From Bugula neritina (Eukaryota > Animalia > Bryozoa), in assembly GCA_964035545.1 (NCBI GenBank), contig OZ037768.1:14331675-14395674 (forward strand): DNA of 64,000 bases, given 5' to 3'. Positions 11,493-22,520 of the stretch are shown piece after piece. The notes under the pieces were generated by a model. That model was not told the DNA's origin. It did no database searches and was given only the letters and a program-made list of their open reading frames with translations. Position numbers and translations under genes: made by a program. Numbering within the stretch: position 1 is the stretch's first letter; each line of letters opens with the position of its first letter.

Positions 11493-14187
11493 CTAATAAC
11501 GAGAGTAGTAATGGCGCGGTGAGTTTCCATACGTGATCGGAGGAGGTTGCATCATACGAGGGTACTCTCTAGTGGGTTCCAAAGATCTCCTGAATAATGA
11601 ATGTCCAGGGTACTCAGGGGGAAAATAAGAAATAAGAGAAGCTTTCAGTTGACCAAAATGACTACTTTTTGGTGGATGTTTATTCTTGATTTGCTGGAAA
11701 AAAATAACGTACATTCCTATGTTGTTGCAAATGCAGCTGCTTCAAAACAAAATATTATGAAATAAGTGACATGAGTTTCAACTCTTAAATGCAATCTAAA
11801 ATGAACACAATGTTTAAGATAAGCCAACATGATTATCCTTATGGATATTCAGACTTAAACCACCTGTGAATAGTGAATGTGCAAAAATTGAGGTTTAGAG
11901 TTGAAGTAGTATATCAGAAAATTTTATTAAGAAATTAACTAGAAAATCTTATTAAATGAAACTTGCGAATGACACTCATTTACTTTAAAATATTTTAATA
12001 TCGTAATATCATATGTGTGTGTGGTGTGTGAACTAGCAACATCATGACTGTTCTTTAGTTTCTTAATTAATCTTACAGACAACTAGTTTTAAAAACTTAT
12101 GAAAATATTGAGACAAAATAGGCACCAGTTTGGCCAGCATTGGTCATTAAAACCGCTATAATTTAAAAGAAAATTGTATACATACATAACAATCTCCGGC
12201 AATAGCAAATCCCAGCAAGAGTAGCAACACTATGGCAATAATGCTCCAGCAAACTATTTTTGACACAACCATACCCTGCAAACTGTAAAATTCTGCAGAA
12301 TAAAAGCCTTTACTAATAATAATATATTGATAGTTTATTCTGTATTACAATTAAAGTAAATGGTCAACTTGAGTGAATGAAAATTTTGCATATACACTGC
12401 CAAATTTGATAAAACAATAATAAGCACCAGTTATATTAGATTGTCACTGAAAGTATAAAGCTTTACATGCCATGCCATAAGACACTATATAACATTTGTG
12501 TATTCTGAGCACTTACAGTGAGCCAACTGCTACATAGTAACCTAAAATACCAAACGCATAGCCTTCGTACACGAGGAAGCCTATAGCAGACATCAGAGCC
12601 AGGCTACTCATTACAGTAAGAGTAATGTACTAAAATAGAAAAACCGTGGTTAGCATGATCTCCATTTGATTGATTTCTAGGAGCCAGTCAAAGACAAAAC
12701 TTGCTAAAAACTTAAGAAAAGCTAGAGAAATGTATGCATAAGAACCACACCAGAAAAAAAGACAAAACAAAAGTACATAAACAAGAAGATCTGTTAAACA
12801 AGAAATAAAGGCCAATATATTAGTACACATTGCAAATCATTTTATTGGAAGGTGAGTGGATAGCAAAGTAATAAGAATACCATTTACTTACCACACCTCT
12901 ATGCCTGCTCATTGCAGCTGCAAAACTTAACCAAATTGTAGGCATCAACAGCTACAATAAAAAAAACTCAAATAGACTTTAGTGCAGTGAACAAAATTTT
13001 AAAAAACTCTATTAATTTCAAGGCTAAATTATGTCATAAGCCCATTAATTTTGAAAAAACTTGCTTTGGTTGTCAAGGTTACAAGAATGTTAAGCAGTAG
13101 GAAGCAACAATAGAAGTTGTGTTCACTTTTGGATCTTGAATTACCATTTTAGCACCATCACAGGCTCAATTCACAAATACTATAGTTTACAAATGTTTAA
13201 TTTCAAACTGATATTGTTGCTAGGTAATTGTGCATATAAAGTTGTTGTAAAAGGGATCAAACCCACTGTTATTTTACTGTTACTTGCTAACACTAGAAAT
13301 GAACAACTTACTACAGATATGCAAACAAACTCAAAGGAGGAGTTGATGGTTAATCCCAGCAGTATGTTGGCAGCTGCAGTGAGGCCCACCTGTGCAAGAG
13401 CTGAAACAGATCAAAATTGTAAACAATGGTCATTCTTGCAAGTATCATGACTAGATTTATATTAAAACAAATGAATAGTTGCCGGTTGTGTTCATAAATT
13501 ATAGAGATATGAAATCAATAACAAATATTACTCAGATCTGTTGTACTGAGCTGTCGACGCTAACCCTTCATTCCCACTTTGCCGTATCGTAGGCTGTATC
13601 GTATCGTAAAATGTCAGCCATTTTTAATGTGTCTGAGCTCAAGTTGGATACGCCTCATTGGACATTTCATTCAATGAATTGACGTGAATGTCTTCCTGTC
13701 CAATAGGAGCCCGTCGAAACTTGTTTGAATTAAGCAGTGCTTGATCCTAACGTGCCGCAATGCCGTACAGGAAGCTCAGACATTTGTAAAAATGGCTGAT
13801 ATTTTACATTACGACCTACGATATGGCAAAGTGTGAATGAGGGTAATAAAACTCGAAATTTTATTTGATAACAATTAATCTATGCAAGTTCCTACAAACA
13901 GAATTGTTTAAGCATATCCTGGAACTACATTCCACCAAGATAGAGGATGCAAAGCAGAGGTGGAGAAAAGAATAGTAAAGGCATTGGGCAAGTGGAGAGA
14001 ACTAACTGGCGTTTGTGTGACAGGAAAGTTTCAATAAGACTGAAGATGTTGATGTACAAAGTGTACATCAGATGTATTCCTTGCAATTAACTCTGATGAA
14101 AGAGCAAATTAGGTACTTACCAAAAATTTTCAGCACTACTGCACTGGCAATAACGCTGTTTCTAATCCATGGTTTGGCAACAGCCAT
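11493..14187 (-). CDS. Uncharacterised ~181-aa four-transmembrane protein (tetraspan topology, Pro/Tyr-rich C-tail)
   Basis: Phase-consistent exons 14187-14121, 13400-13312, 12951-12892, 12629-12517, 12282-12186, 11612-11493. The last acceptor is GAG after a long pyrimidine tract and is less certain. Four hydrophobic segments. Confidence 0.75.
13564..13843. mobile_element. Fold-back MITE (PIF/Harbinger-like) in intron of the 4TM gene
   Basis: Imperfect ~75-bp TIRs (ccct.cattc.cactttgcc.tatcgtagg...cagccattttta...gtctgagct); TAA on both flanks (13561-13563, 13844-13846). Confidence 0.75.
13890..14072 (+). mobile_element. RTE-clade LINE fragment
   Basis: Frameshifted peptide LGTTFHQDRGCKAEVEKRIVKA..KWRELTGV.CDRKVSIRLKMLMYKVYIR. 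Confidence 0.65.
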
Positions 14188-14519
14188 TCTTCTTATTAGA
14201 TATATCTGTCAGAACAAAATTACAAAGTAAATGGGAGGTGGCCAGAGCATCTGACCTAGATACCAGTGAATGAGCCTACAGCTATGGAAAGAATGAGTGA
14301 ATGTAATAACAACTGCACAGCTTTAGACACATTGGTTATTGACACAAAAGACTCACATGTCAGCAAACTAAAAGGCATACAATTTAAAGTAAAGAATTTG
14401 CAGCAAATTCAATAGATCTATTATTGGCTTTACTCATTTACTGACTGGATTTTTCTACTAGAGAATTTAGATAGGCCTTAAACTGCTAGCTTTATGTTTG
14501 GAAACAGTTGCATGGAATG

Positions 14520-14620
14520 TGGTTACAACCATAAGCTCATGCAAACCGCAACCACAAACTCATCCGTATGAGTATCCATTCAAGTAATGTAGTGATGCGG
14601 AGTATTGGGAACACGTGCTG
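14520..14620 (+). repeat. Dispersed repeat fragment (second copy ~18200-18290)
   Basis: acaac.ataag.tcat.caaaccgcaaccacaaa.tcat.c...atccatt is shared between the two sites. Confidence 0.6.
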
Positions 14621-17519
14621 TTAAGCCAGTCAAGGCAAGCAAAATATGTAATATGCTGGGATTAAATCTTTTAGTTAACAATACCACAACACATTCAAGA
14701 GTTTCAATACATTTGAGTGTTTCAACTTTTATGGTATAAATGACTTTATGTCCACAAATAAGCGACACCTAAACAATTTCAAACAAGTTGCTACCTTCCA
14801 AACACCAGCAGGCAAGGTTCTTCTAAGACTGATTCTTGGCAGTAGTGATAGCAAAAAGAATTGTCTGCCCTTGAAGTAATGCAAACTGACTCTCCCACAC
14901 AACAAATAAACATGTGAAAAAGAAGCTGAAGGCCATTTCTAGCTTAGTATAATTGCTTAAAACTATAAGATGTGGTTAGCTAAACCATATTCTAAAGTCT
15001 AAACTCTAAAGCATTATATAGTATAAAAAAATGATATTATAAAATTTAATAAAGTTGTCAATGTTGAAATTTCAATGAAAGTACAACCAGCTTCAGAAAA
15101 GTTTTGTTATATTTCTTTCAATATTTAAAAAATGAGTAGCCAGAACATCATACCTTCATTACAGTTATAACCCAGTTGAAAATAAAAATAACTTTTGTAA
15201 TTTTGGATAAACGAGTAGCAGAATAAAAGTAATAAATTGCATTTCAATCAAGAAATGCTGTAGGTTGTAGCTAGACAAGATATGACAATAATAAACCTTA
15301 CTTCAAGTTTTCTTTTCTTACCCACAACTTCATATAATATGTATAATTGGTATGTATACATACTCTACATATAAACTGTTGGTATTTTTAGACAGCAATT
15401 TTATTTTTTGAAAAGAAAGTAGCTTTGATCCTAGACTAAATACCCACAGTTACTTTTTAAGGACTACGTAAGATCAAACGGATGATGCAAAAATGAAATG
15501 ATAGCAGACATCAAGCTGAGGTCAACTTGATGTAAATACATAGAACAGTGGTGAATGCACAAATTATTAGGGCTCCCTCTTTCAGGTTGGTAGTTCATGC
15601 CGGTGTTAGGTACTGCAAGCATTCAAACATGCACATAGCATAAAGTGAAACGACAGGTATGTAGTTTGTCCGAGATTAGTTGAGATACTATACAAGCCAG
15701 GGCCTACCTGTCTTTGGGTCGTTATCAAAAGATGAGTAGCAGTCTGCAGTAAATATTAATATGGATTACAGTCACTCAGCCACAGCTAATCAATCATGCC
15801 ACAGAAACTTTAAGGTAGATGCAAGATCATTATATAGCAGGAAAATTGGAATTATGTACATACACAACACTGGGTGTACATAATTAATTGAAAATATGAG
15901 GTAGGTGGAGAATCAAAGTTTATCGGAGTAGCACTAGTTTTATTTGAATTTGATAACACTAGAAGTTGTCGTCATACTCCGATTCCTGAGAGCGAAACTA
16001 AAAAGTAGAAATTCACGCTATACCTAAATCTCTGCATCAAGACATAACAAACATTGAGTGACTAAAAGATGTGATATTGTTTAACCAACAGGAATAATTA
16101 TGAGGTAAAATATTTAGTATATTGAAACTGTCATAAGTATAAACCATAATTATATAGTGCTAGAAGCAATGAAATGTAGATAAATTATGAAAAACTCAGC
16201 AAATCTACAAAGAATTAGCATAAGGAACTAATTTATTTATTCGCACGTACATTTGGTGATCATAAATAGCAGATCCATTTCTGATAGTGAAGTGACCATC
16301 TGAATAAGCTATATCCGTTTTTTATATGCATGCAAAAAGAATACATCGGCTTGTCATCTGACAAAAACCTGGGTACACTGAGATGTGTGGTCATTTTTTG
16401 ACTGCTAGTTGACCAGTTTTAGTATCTTCAAGTTGTGTGGATATTCCAATTGGCAAATTATTAAGCTTGCTCTGTGACAGAAACTGAACTTGTCAAGCTG
16501 ATTGAGCCCACAAAAGCAGCCCTTCAACTGGCAGCTCCCAACATGAATAGGGGTAGTAGCCAGTGGAAATGCTAATTTTGTGCTTTCTAAAAGATTGTTT
16601 CGAAAAATATAGCATCGAGAATGAATCTAAAACATATATAGCTTATAAAAACAAAAAGTAAGTGAATTAGAGCAAAAACACTCCATACATCATCTCTTAA
16701 ACAGAAGGAATTAAAAGAACACAGTTTTGGAAATAAAAAGAAGTGATTACACTAAAAAAAAATTTTTTAAAAAGATTTAGGGCCAACAGGATAAAAATTT
16801 TGTACAAAGAACACAGTAATTTTATGTTTTTTAATTATTATATTAAGTTTTGAGATGTATGATTGATGTCATTCAACACTATTTTTAACAAATAGGGTGA
16901 AGTAGAGGATGGCCAACAGTGAGTAAAATTGCGAACAACCACACTATCACAGATTGGAAACTTGCAAATGTGTGAAAACCATCACAAAACCTAGCAATGT
17001 GATGCTAAAAGCCAAAAACCTCAAGAATAAAATATCCTTGCTGGGGGCAATCAGGATTTAGAGAAGGGAAAAGCATCACTGAACTAATCTCTAGACTGGT
17101 AATACTAATGGAGAAGTACCAGGAGCACCAACAAAAATTGTACTATGTTTTTATACACGTCATTTCTATACTTCGAATTAGGCAAATGAAATTACCATTT
17201 GGTAATGGGGACAAGGTCATTTCAAGAAACAATCGTGGTTTCATGCACAAAAATAAATTTTATTGGAAGGGTTTATAACTATCTCTTAAAAGTTATAGCC
17301 TACGTCTCAAGTGCAGCTTAATTTATAAAAAATTAATTAAACCATTTCCTTTATTATACGAGTATTTAATTATCATCTCTAACAATGACTAACCATTTTG
17401 AATCTATCTAACTTTTCTGTAACCTAAAGGATCAGAAAGCTCATGATAAATTGACAGCTATCTCTATTTTGAAAATTGCAATCAAGTTTTCTTATGCATC
17501 ATAAAATTATTCAAGCTCT

Positions 17520-17755
17520 TCACCTCTCTTCACTCCCCTACACCTCTCTACATTCCCCATACACCTCTCTATAATCCCCAACACCTCTCTATATTCCCTT
17601 ACACCTCTCTATGCTCCCCTACACCTCTCTATACTCCAATGCATCTCACTATACTCCCCTACATCTCTCTACACTCCCTTACACCTCTCTATACTCCCCT
17701 ACATCTCTCTATACTCCCATGCATCTCGCTATACTCCCCTTTACCTCTCTATACT
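17520..17755. repeat. 20-bp minisatellite (acacctctctatactcccct), ~12 copies
   Basis: Direct reading; no unique spacers. Confidence 0.9.
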
Positions 17756-19149
17756 GTTCAATTTCAAAAATGAGCAACTCTGAGCTTGATTATCTGACAA
17801 ATTGAATTTAGCAAAAAGAACAAGGTAGATTAAGTGTTTATCAACATTGACCATGTTTGTTTACATTATTAGGCAGCACCACTGAATGCATTTATGGCTG
17901 GAAAAGTTAAAAGGTGGAGTAACTTCAAATTGTCTATTTTCAAGAGAGGACAATTTTGTATGAATTAACTATTTAACACACTTGAAGCATAAAAACACAG
18001 TGATGAAATTTGAGAAGGCTTGATGAGATGGCACAGAGCACAATGTGCCACAATGAACACTTACAATACCAGCGGTAGTCTCATCAACATAATGGATATT
18101 TTCTATGAAAAAGCTGAAGGTACAAATTTCATCAATAGAATAGAAGACTGGCTTCGAAGGCTTTTTCCTTAAATGTTTGGAAATGGTTTCATCGAATGAA
18201 ACCACAACTATAAGTTCATACAAACCGCAACCACAAATTCATTCACATAAGCATCCATTTGCATAATGCAATGTAATAGACATGCAGTGATTGTTGTGCA
18301 TTGCTATGCATGCATTGTGGACTCTCACAGCTAAATTTCATAGAAAAATAAAAACTTTCGATAATGAGGTGCTCGTGAAACATCTTTGACATTGCATGCA
18401 AAGACTACGTAACAAATGAAGTTCCAACAACTCTGGGAGAGCTATTGAATGCCATGAGGAACTCCTCGCCATTGTTGAATTATGCAAACTGAAATGGTAT
18501 GAGTATATTGCATAGCATAGCAAAGATGATTATGAAAGGCGGTACCAGGAAGCTAAAGACAAGGAAAATGTAAAAAAAACAATGAAAAAATAACATTTAG
18601 AAATGCACCGGCTTGCCCCTCAACACTATATTGAGAAAAGCGAAAGACTAAGATTCATGGTGCCCCTAAAGCCTCTAAAGGGCTACACGACTCAAGTTAA
18701 AGGATCCCTAGACTTAAGAATCGTTGGCACACTTCATTTATGCAGTATTAAAATGTTCATATATATTTTAGCTATCATCTACAGAATGTTTGAGGGTTGT
18801 AGACTCCAATACTTTTGTTTTATAATAAATGTATTGAATTAACTGAAACTTTTTAATTGCTCGCTAGTGTCGTTTCCAGTCAGCCCAAAAGTCTATGGTA
18901 TTATAAGCTAACAGTTATATTGCTGACTTTCACTGCATGCTCTCCTTAGCTGTTGCAACACACAGCTTAATCACTGGGTTGGCTTGAAACCAGTCCATTA
19001 TTGAGCTTGCAATATAATTAATTATAAATATTAATAAATAACCATAAATCAACATTATGATGCTGATCATTAAATTGGATGATTGTATTTCAAAGACAAA
19101 TGTTAATGCTATACTTAAACATATTTAATTTTATACTTATAGACTGCAG

Positions 19150-19639
19150 CAAATTATTATAGGTATTCAATATTCATTATATTTATTCTATTGCTGTTAC
19201 TGTTAGTATTATTACTTTTAGTTATTCAATTTCATACTGATTCTTTTTGTTATTTATATTCATATTGTATGATCTATAATTATAAATACTAGTTATAAAT
19301 AATAATTGCATTTACTATTAGAATTACATTTACAATATTAGTAATACTACTAATGATAATACTAATTACTAATAGTAATAATAATACTAATAATTATAAT
19401 ATTAATAGCAATACTATTACTATTAGCATTACCTACTATTAGCATTACTATTACTATTAGTACAAGTATTAATATTACTGTTGGACATAGTATTACAATT
19501 ACTATTACTATTAGTATTACTATTAGTATAACTATAACTAATAGTAATAGTATTACATTTACTTACTACTTAGACTTGGAGTTAGTTATACTTATAGTAA
19601 TACTTACTCTTAGTACTACTCTACTACTACTACTACTAC

Positions 19640-19683
<44 letters not shown>

Positions 19684-19792
19684 TACTACTAGTATTACTC
19701 TACTACTAGTAGTGGTGTACCACCAGTAGTAGTACTACTACCACTACTACTGAGTACTAGTACTACTACTACTACGTCTACTAGTAGTAGTG

Positions 19793-19837
<45 letters not shown>

Positions 19838-20010
19838 CTAGTACTACTGCAAGCCTTAGGAGTAGGTCTAGTCACTGTCAGTAGACGTAGTACTAGTTGT
19901 AGCCAACACTTACACTGATACTGATTATCATTATGACTATAACTATAAGTATAAATATAATCATAATGATAATGATTACCTAAGGCTAAAGTAAAAGTAA
20001 AAGCAATTAG
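19150..20010. repeat. 3-nt-periodic low-complexity tract with (ACT)n/(AGT)n core at ~19600-19850
   Basis: Direct reading. Confidence 0.85.
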
Positions 20011-20856
20011 TAAATCTGATGTTTAGGAGTACCAATGCAACAGTTTTGATCTAGTTGTAAGCGTTTCTTTTTTAATAATTTATGAGCTATAGCAGTTACT
20101 TGAACTACTTCTACTAATACTAAAAGTAGTCCTTGCCCTTCACGTCGTCATTGTGCTCGGAGATCAGTAAAAATTGAGGTGTTTTAGGAACACGCTTTTC
20201 AGGCGTGTTTGTGTTTATACGAAAGTAGCAGCCTGTGAGAGTAAGTTTAGTCGCTTACAACTAGTTTCCATACGCCTTTGTGGATGACAAACTAAGAGAA
20301 TTTTTAGCCATCCCGAAATTAGATGTTTTCGATGATGGAGCAAAGGCTCGGCTGGTACAACACGCTTATTGAGCATGACAGGTACATTTTTTGACCTGAT
20401 GTTTTGCTCTTAGAGTTATCTCTCCTGACGGCATTGCTGTAATATTTCTCGAAAGTTTTTTGCTCTTTAGTTGGGAATGTCGATGAAAGAAAATTGAAGC
20501 TTAACATACGGTCACTCCAGGTTTAAATTGTAGGTAGAATTAATATATACAATTACAGATATAACTATAACTTTACACTATAATTGCCAGACCCATAAGT
20601 TACGTATCAAATTTGAATTGTAACAACTGATAATTGAGCATACATTATGTTTTAATTCAATGCAAGTAACATATCAATTAATACGCAGTGAATAAATAAA
20701 TTCTAAAACAATTTCATCTGCACACATAAATCAATGGTCTGAAAATCAAGATTTTTTTAGTTTTATATATTATAGAAGTTTAGTTTGGTTATATATATAG
20801 AAGTTTAGTTATGTATATAAGTATATAAGTATATATATACATATATATATATCTCA

Positions 20857-20905
20857 TTCTGTGGACAGCAGCTGTTTCGGGATTTGTCCCCTCATCAGCA
20901 CAGAA
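20857..20905 (-). ncRNA. Type I hammerhead ribozyme (retrozyme copy 1)
   Basis: uucugug-CUGAUGA-gggg-acaaa-uccc-GAAAC-AGCUGCU-GUC/cacagaa; full core; predicted cleavage between 20864 and 20863. Confidence 0.92.
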
Positions 20906-21128
20906 CAGAGTACCATGGCCCACACCTTCGCAATAGTAAAACTTCTAGTTTTACTAAAGCATATTTAAAAGGTGTGTAAACTCAAACCAGAGTGCTCAAG
21001 TGACTCTAGGGGTCACCTAGGAGTCACGAGCATTGCAAAATGCTAGCAGCTTGAGTTTGTGACCATGGTGAGAGTGCTCAATCATTTAATGTCATTGCTG
21101 AGCATTAAATGAGAGCGTAATATCTCAA

Positions 21129-21176
21129 TCTGTGGACAGCAGCTGTTTCGGGATTTGTCCCCTCATCAGCACAGAA
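21129..21176 (-). ncRNA. Type I hammerhead ribozyme (retrozyme copy 2)
   Basis: Identical core; predicted cleavage between 21135 and 21134. Confidence 0.92.
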
Positions 21177-21388
21177 CAGAGTACCATGGCCCACACCTTC
21201 GCAATAGTAAAACTTCTAGTTTTACTAAAGCATATTTAAAAGGTGTGTAAACTCAAACCAGAGTGCTCAAGTGACTCTAGGGGTCACCTAGGAGTCACGA
21301 GCATTGCAAAATGCTAGCAGCTTGAGTTTGTGACCATGGTGAGAGTGCTCAATCATTTAATGTCATTGCTGAGCATTAAATGAGAGCG

Positions 21389-21392
<4 letters not shown>

Positions 21393-21474
<82 letters not shown>
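21393..21474. repeat. (TA)n microsatellite
   Basis: Direct reading. Confidence 0.98.
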
Positions 21475-21479
<5 letters not shown>

Positions 21480-21642
21480 TTCTATAATCAAAAATGAATC
21501 AAAAGAACTCAATATTTCGAGAAATAGAGTATTTATATTTGGTACTAATACAATTTTGGATATAAAAATAAATTTAGATCTTCATTTATTGACTACAATA
21601 ATATTGTTTCACGTAGTGCGAGATACGATCATCAGGTCGTTG
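21475..21642 (-). mobile_element. Second copy of the 3001-3164 PLE-type fragment with hammerhead (21591-21638)
   Basis: gac-CUGAUGA-ucguaucucgcacuacgu-GAAAC-AAUAUUAUU-GUA/guc; same right-hand endpoint (caggtcgttg) as the LENG8 copy. Confidence 0.8.
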
Positions 21643-22320
21643 TGTGTACTGTGGAAACTACCGAAAACGAGCCTGCAACATACATTGGCCTAAGTGAAGG
21701 ACCGTTCAAACTAAGATACGCAAACCACAGATCATCATTTAAAAACAAGGAGAAAGCAAATCAAACAGAACTTAGCAAACACATTTGGCAACTAACTAAC
21801 AAAAACATTAAGCACAACATAAGCTGGAAAATATTAAGAAAAGCGAAACCATACAACACAACTACTAAAAGGTGTAATTTATGCCTATGGGAATGTTTCT
21901 TTATTTTATACAAACCTAACATGTGTACTTTAAACAAGCAAAATGAACTCTTATCAACCTGCCGACACTCAAAAAAATTCTTACTGTGCAACCACAAAAC
22001 CTAGAAACTCTGTAGCCTATTTATATTTTAAGTACTATAGTAAATAATATACAAATACCCATAGAGAATAGTCACCCAACAAAAACTTCATGCATCTACT
22101 ATAAATTATGTTTTTACATTACATTAGGGTTTTTTTTATATATTAATTTACACCTACAAACCTATATAACAATACAGCCACTGTTATGTCTTCGTTACGT
22201 TTTACCTTGTGTTTAGCATTTTGATTTTCTTAATGTAAAAATTTAAATTCGTCAATATTGTGCCTGAGGAGTGCTAAAGAGGCATGAAACTATTAGTAGT
22301 ACAATAAAACAACATCTATA
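21642..22320 (+). mobile_element. 5'-truncated Penelope-like element: GIY-YIG endonuclease C-terminal part + 3' region
   Basis: ORF 21642-22004 with TYIGLSEGPFKLRYANH, ELSKHIW, CNLCLWE and LNKQNELLSTCRH; hammerhead and AATAAA at the 3' end. Confidence 0.85.
22257..22305 (+). ncRNA. Minimal type I hammerhead ribozyme in PLE 3' repeat
   Basis: auugugc-CUGAGGA-gugc-uaaagag-gcau-GAAAC-UAUUA-GUA/guacaau; 7-bp stem I; predicted cleavage after 22298. Confidence 0.85.
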
Positions 22321-22341
22321 TAATTAAATTGCTCTTTTCCT

Positions 22342-22519
<178 letters not shown>

Positions 22520-22520
<1 letters not shown>

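Larger units (their letters stand above)
20851..21392 (-). mobile_element. Non-LTR retrozyme: tandem dimer of a 271-bp hammerhead-containing unit
   Basis: Units 20851-21121 and 21122-21392; I see one difference (cattct vs caatct). No ORF, extensive internal stems, (TA)n on both sides. Confidence 0.88.

Noticed and set aside
11613-11714. N-terminal part of ORF 11493-11714 (MYVIFFQQ...) as coding
   Set aside because: No acceptor there is phase-compatible with the upstream exon in that frame; it includes the pyrimidine tract of the 11612 acceptor.
17520-17755. 20-bp repeat array as possible CRISPR
   Set aside because: Contiguous degenerate units without spacers, eukaryotic context, no cas genes.
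20851-21392. 271-bp direct repeats as LTRs of an LTR element
   Set aside because: Units abut with no internal region, no TG...CA ends and no primer-binding site; hammerheads explain them better.
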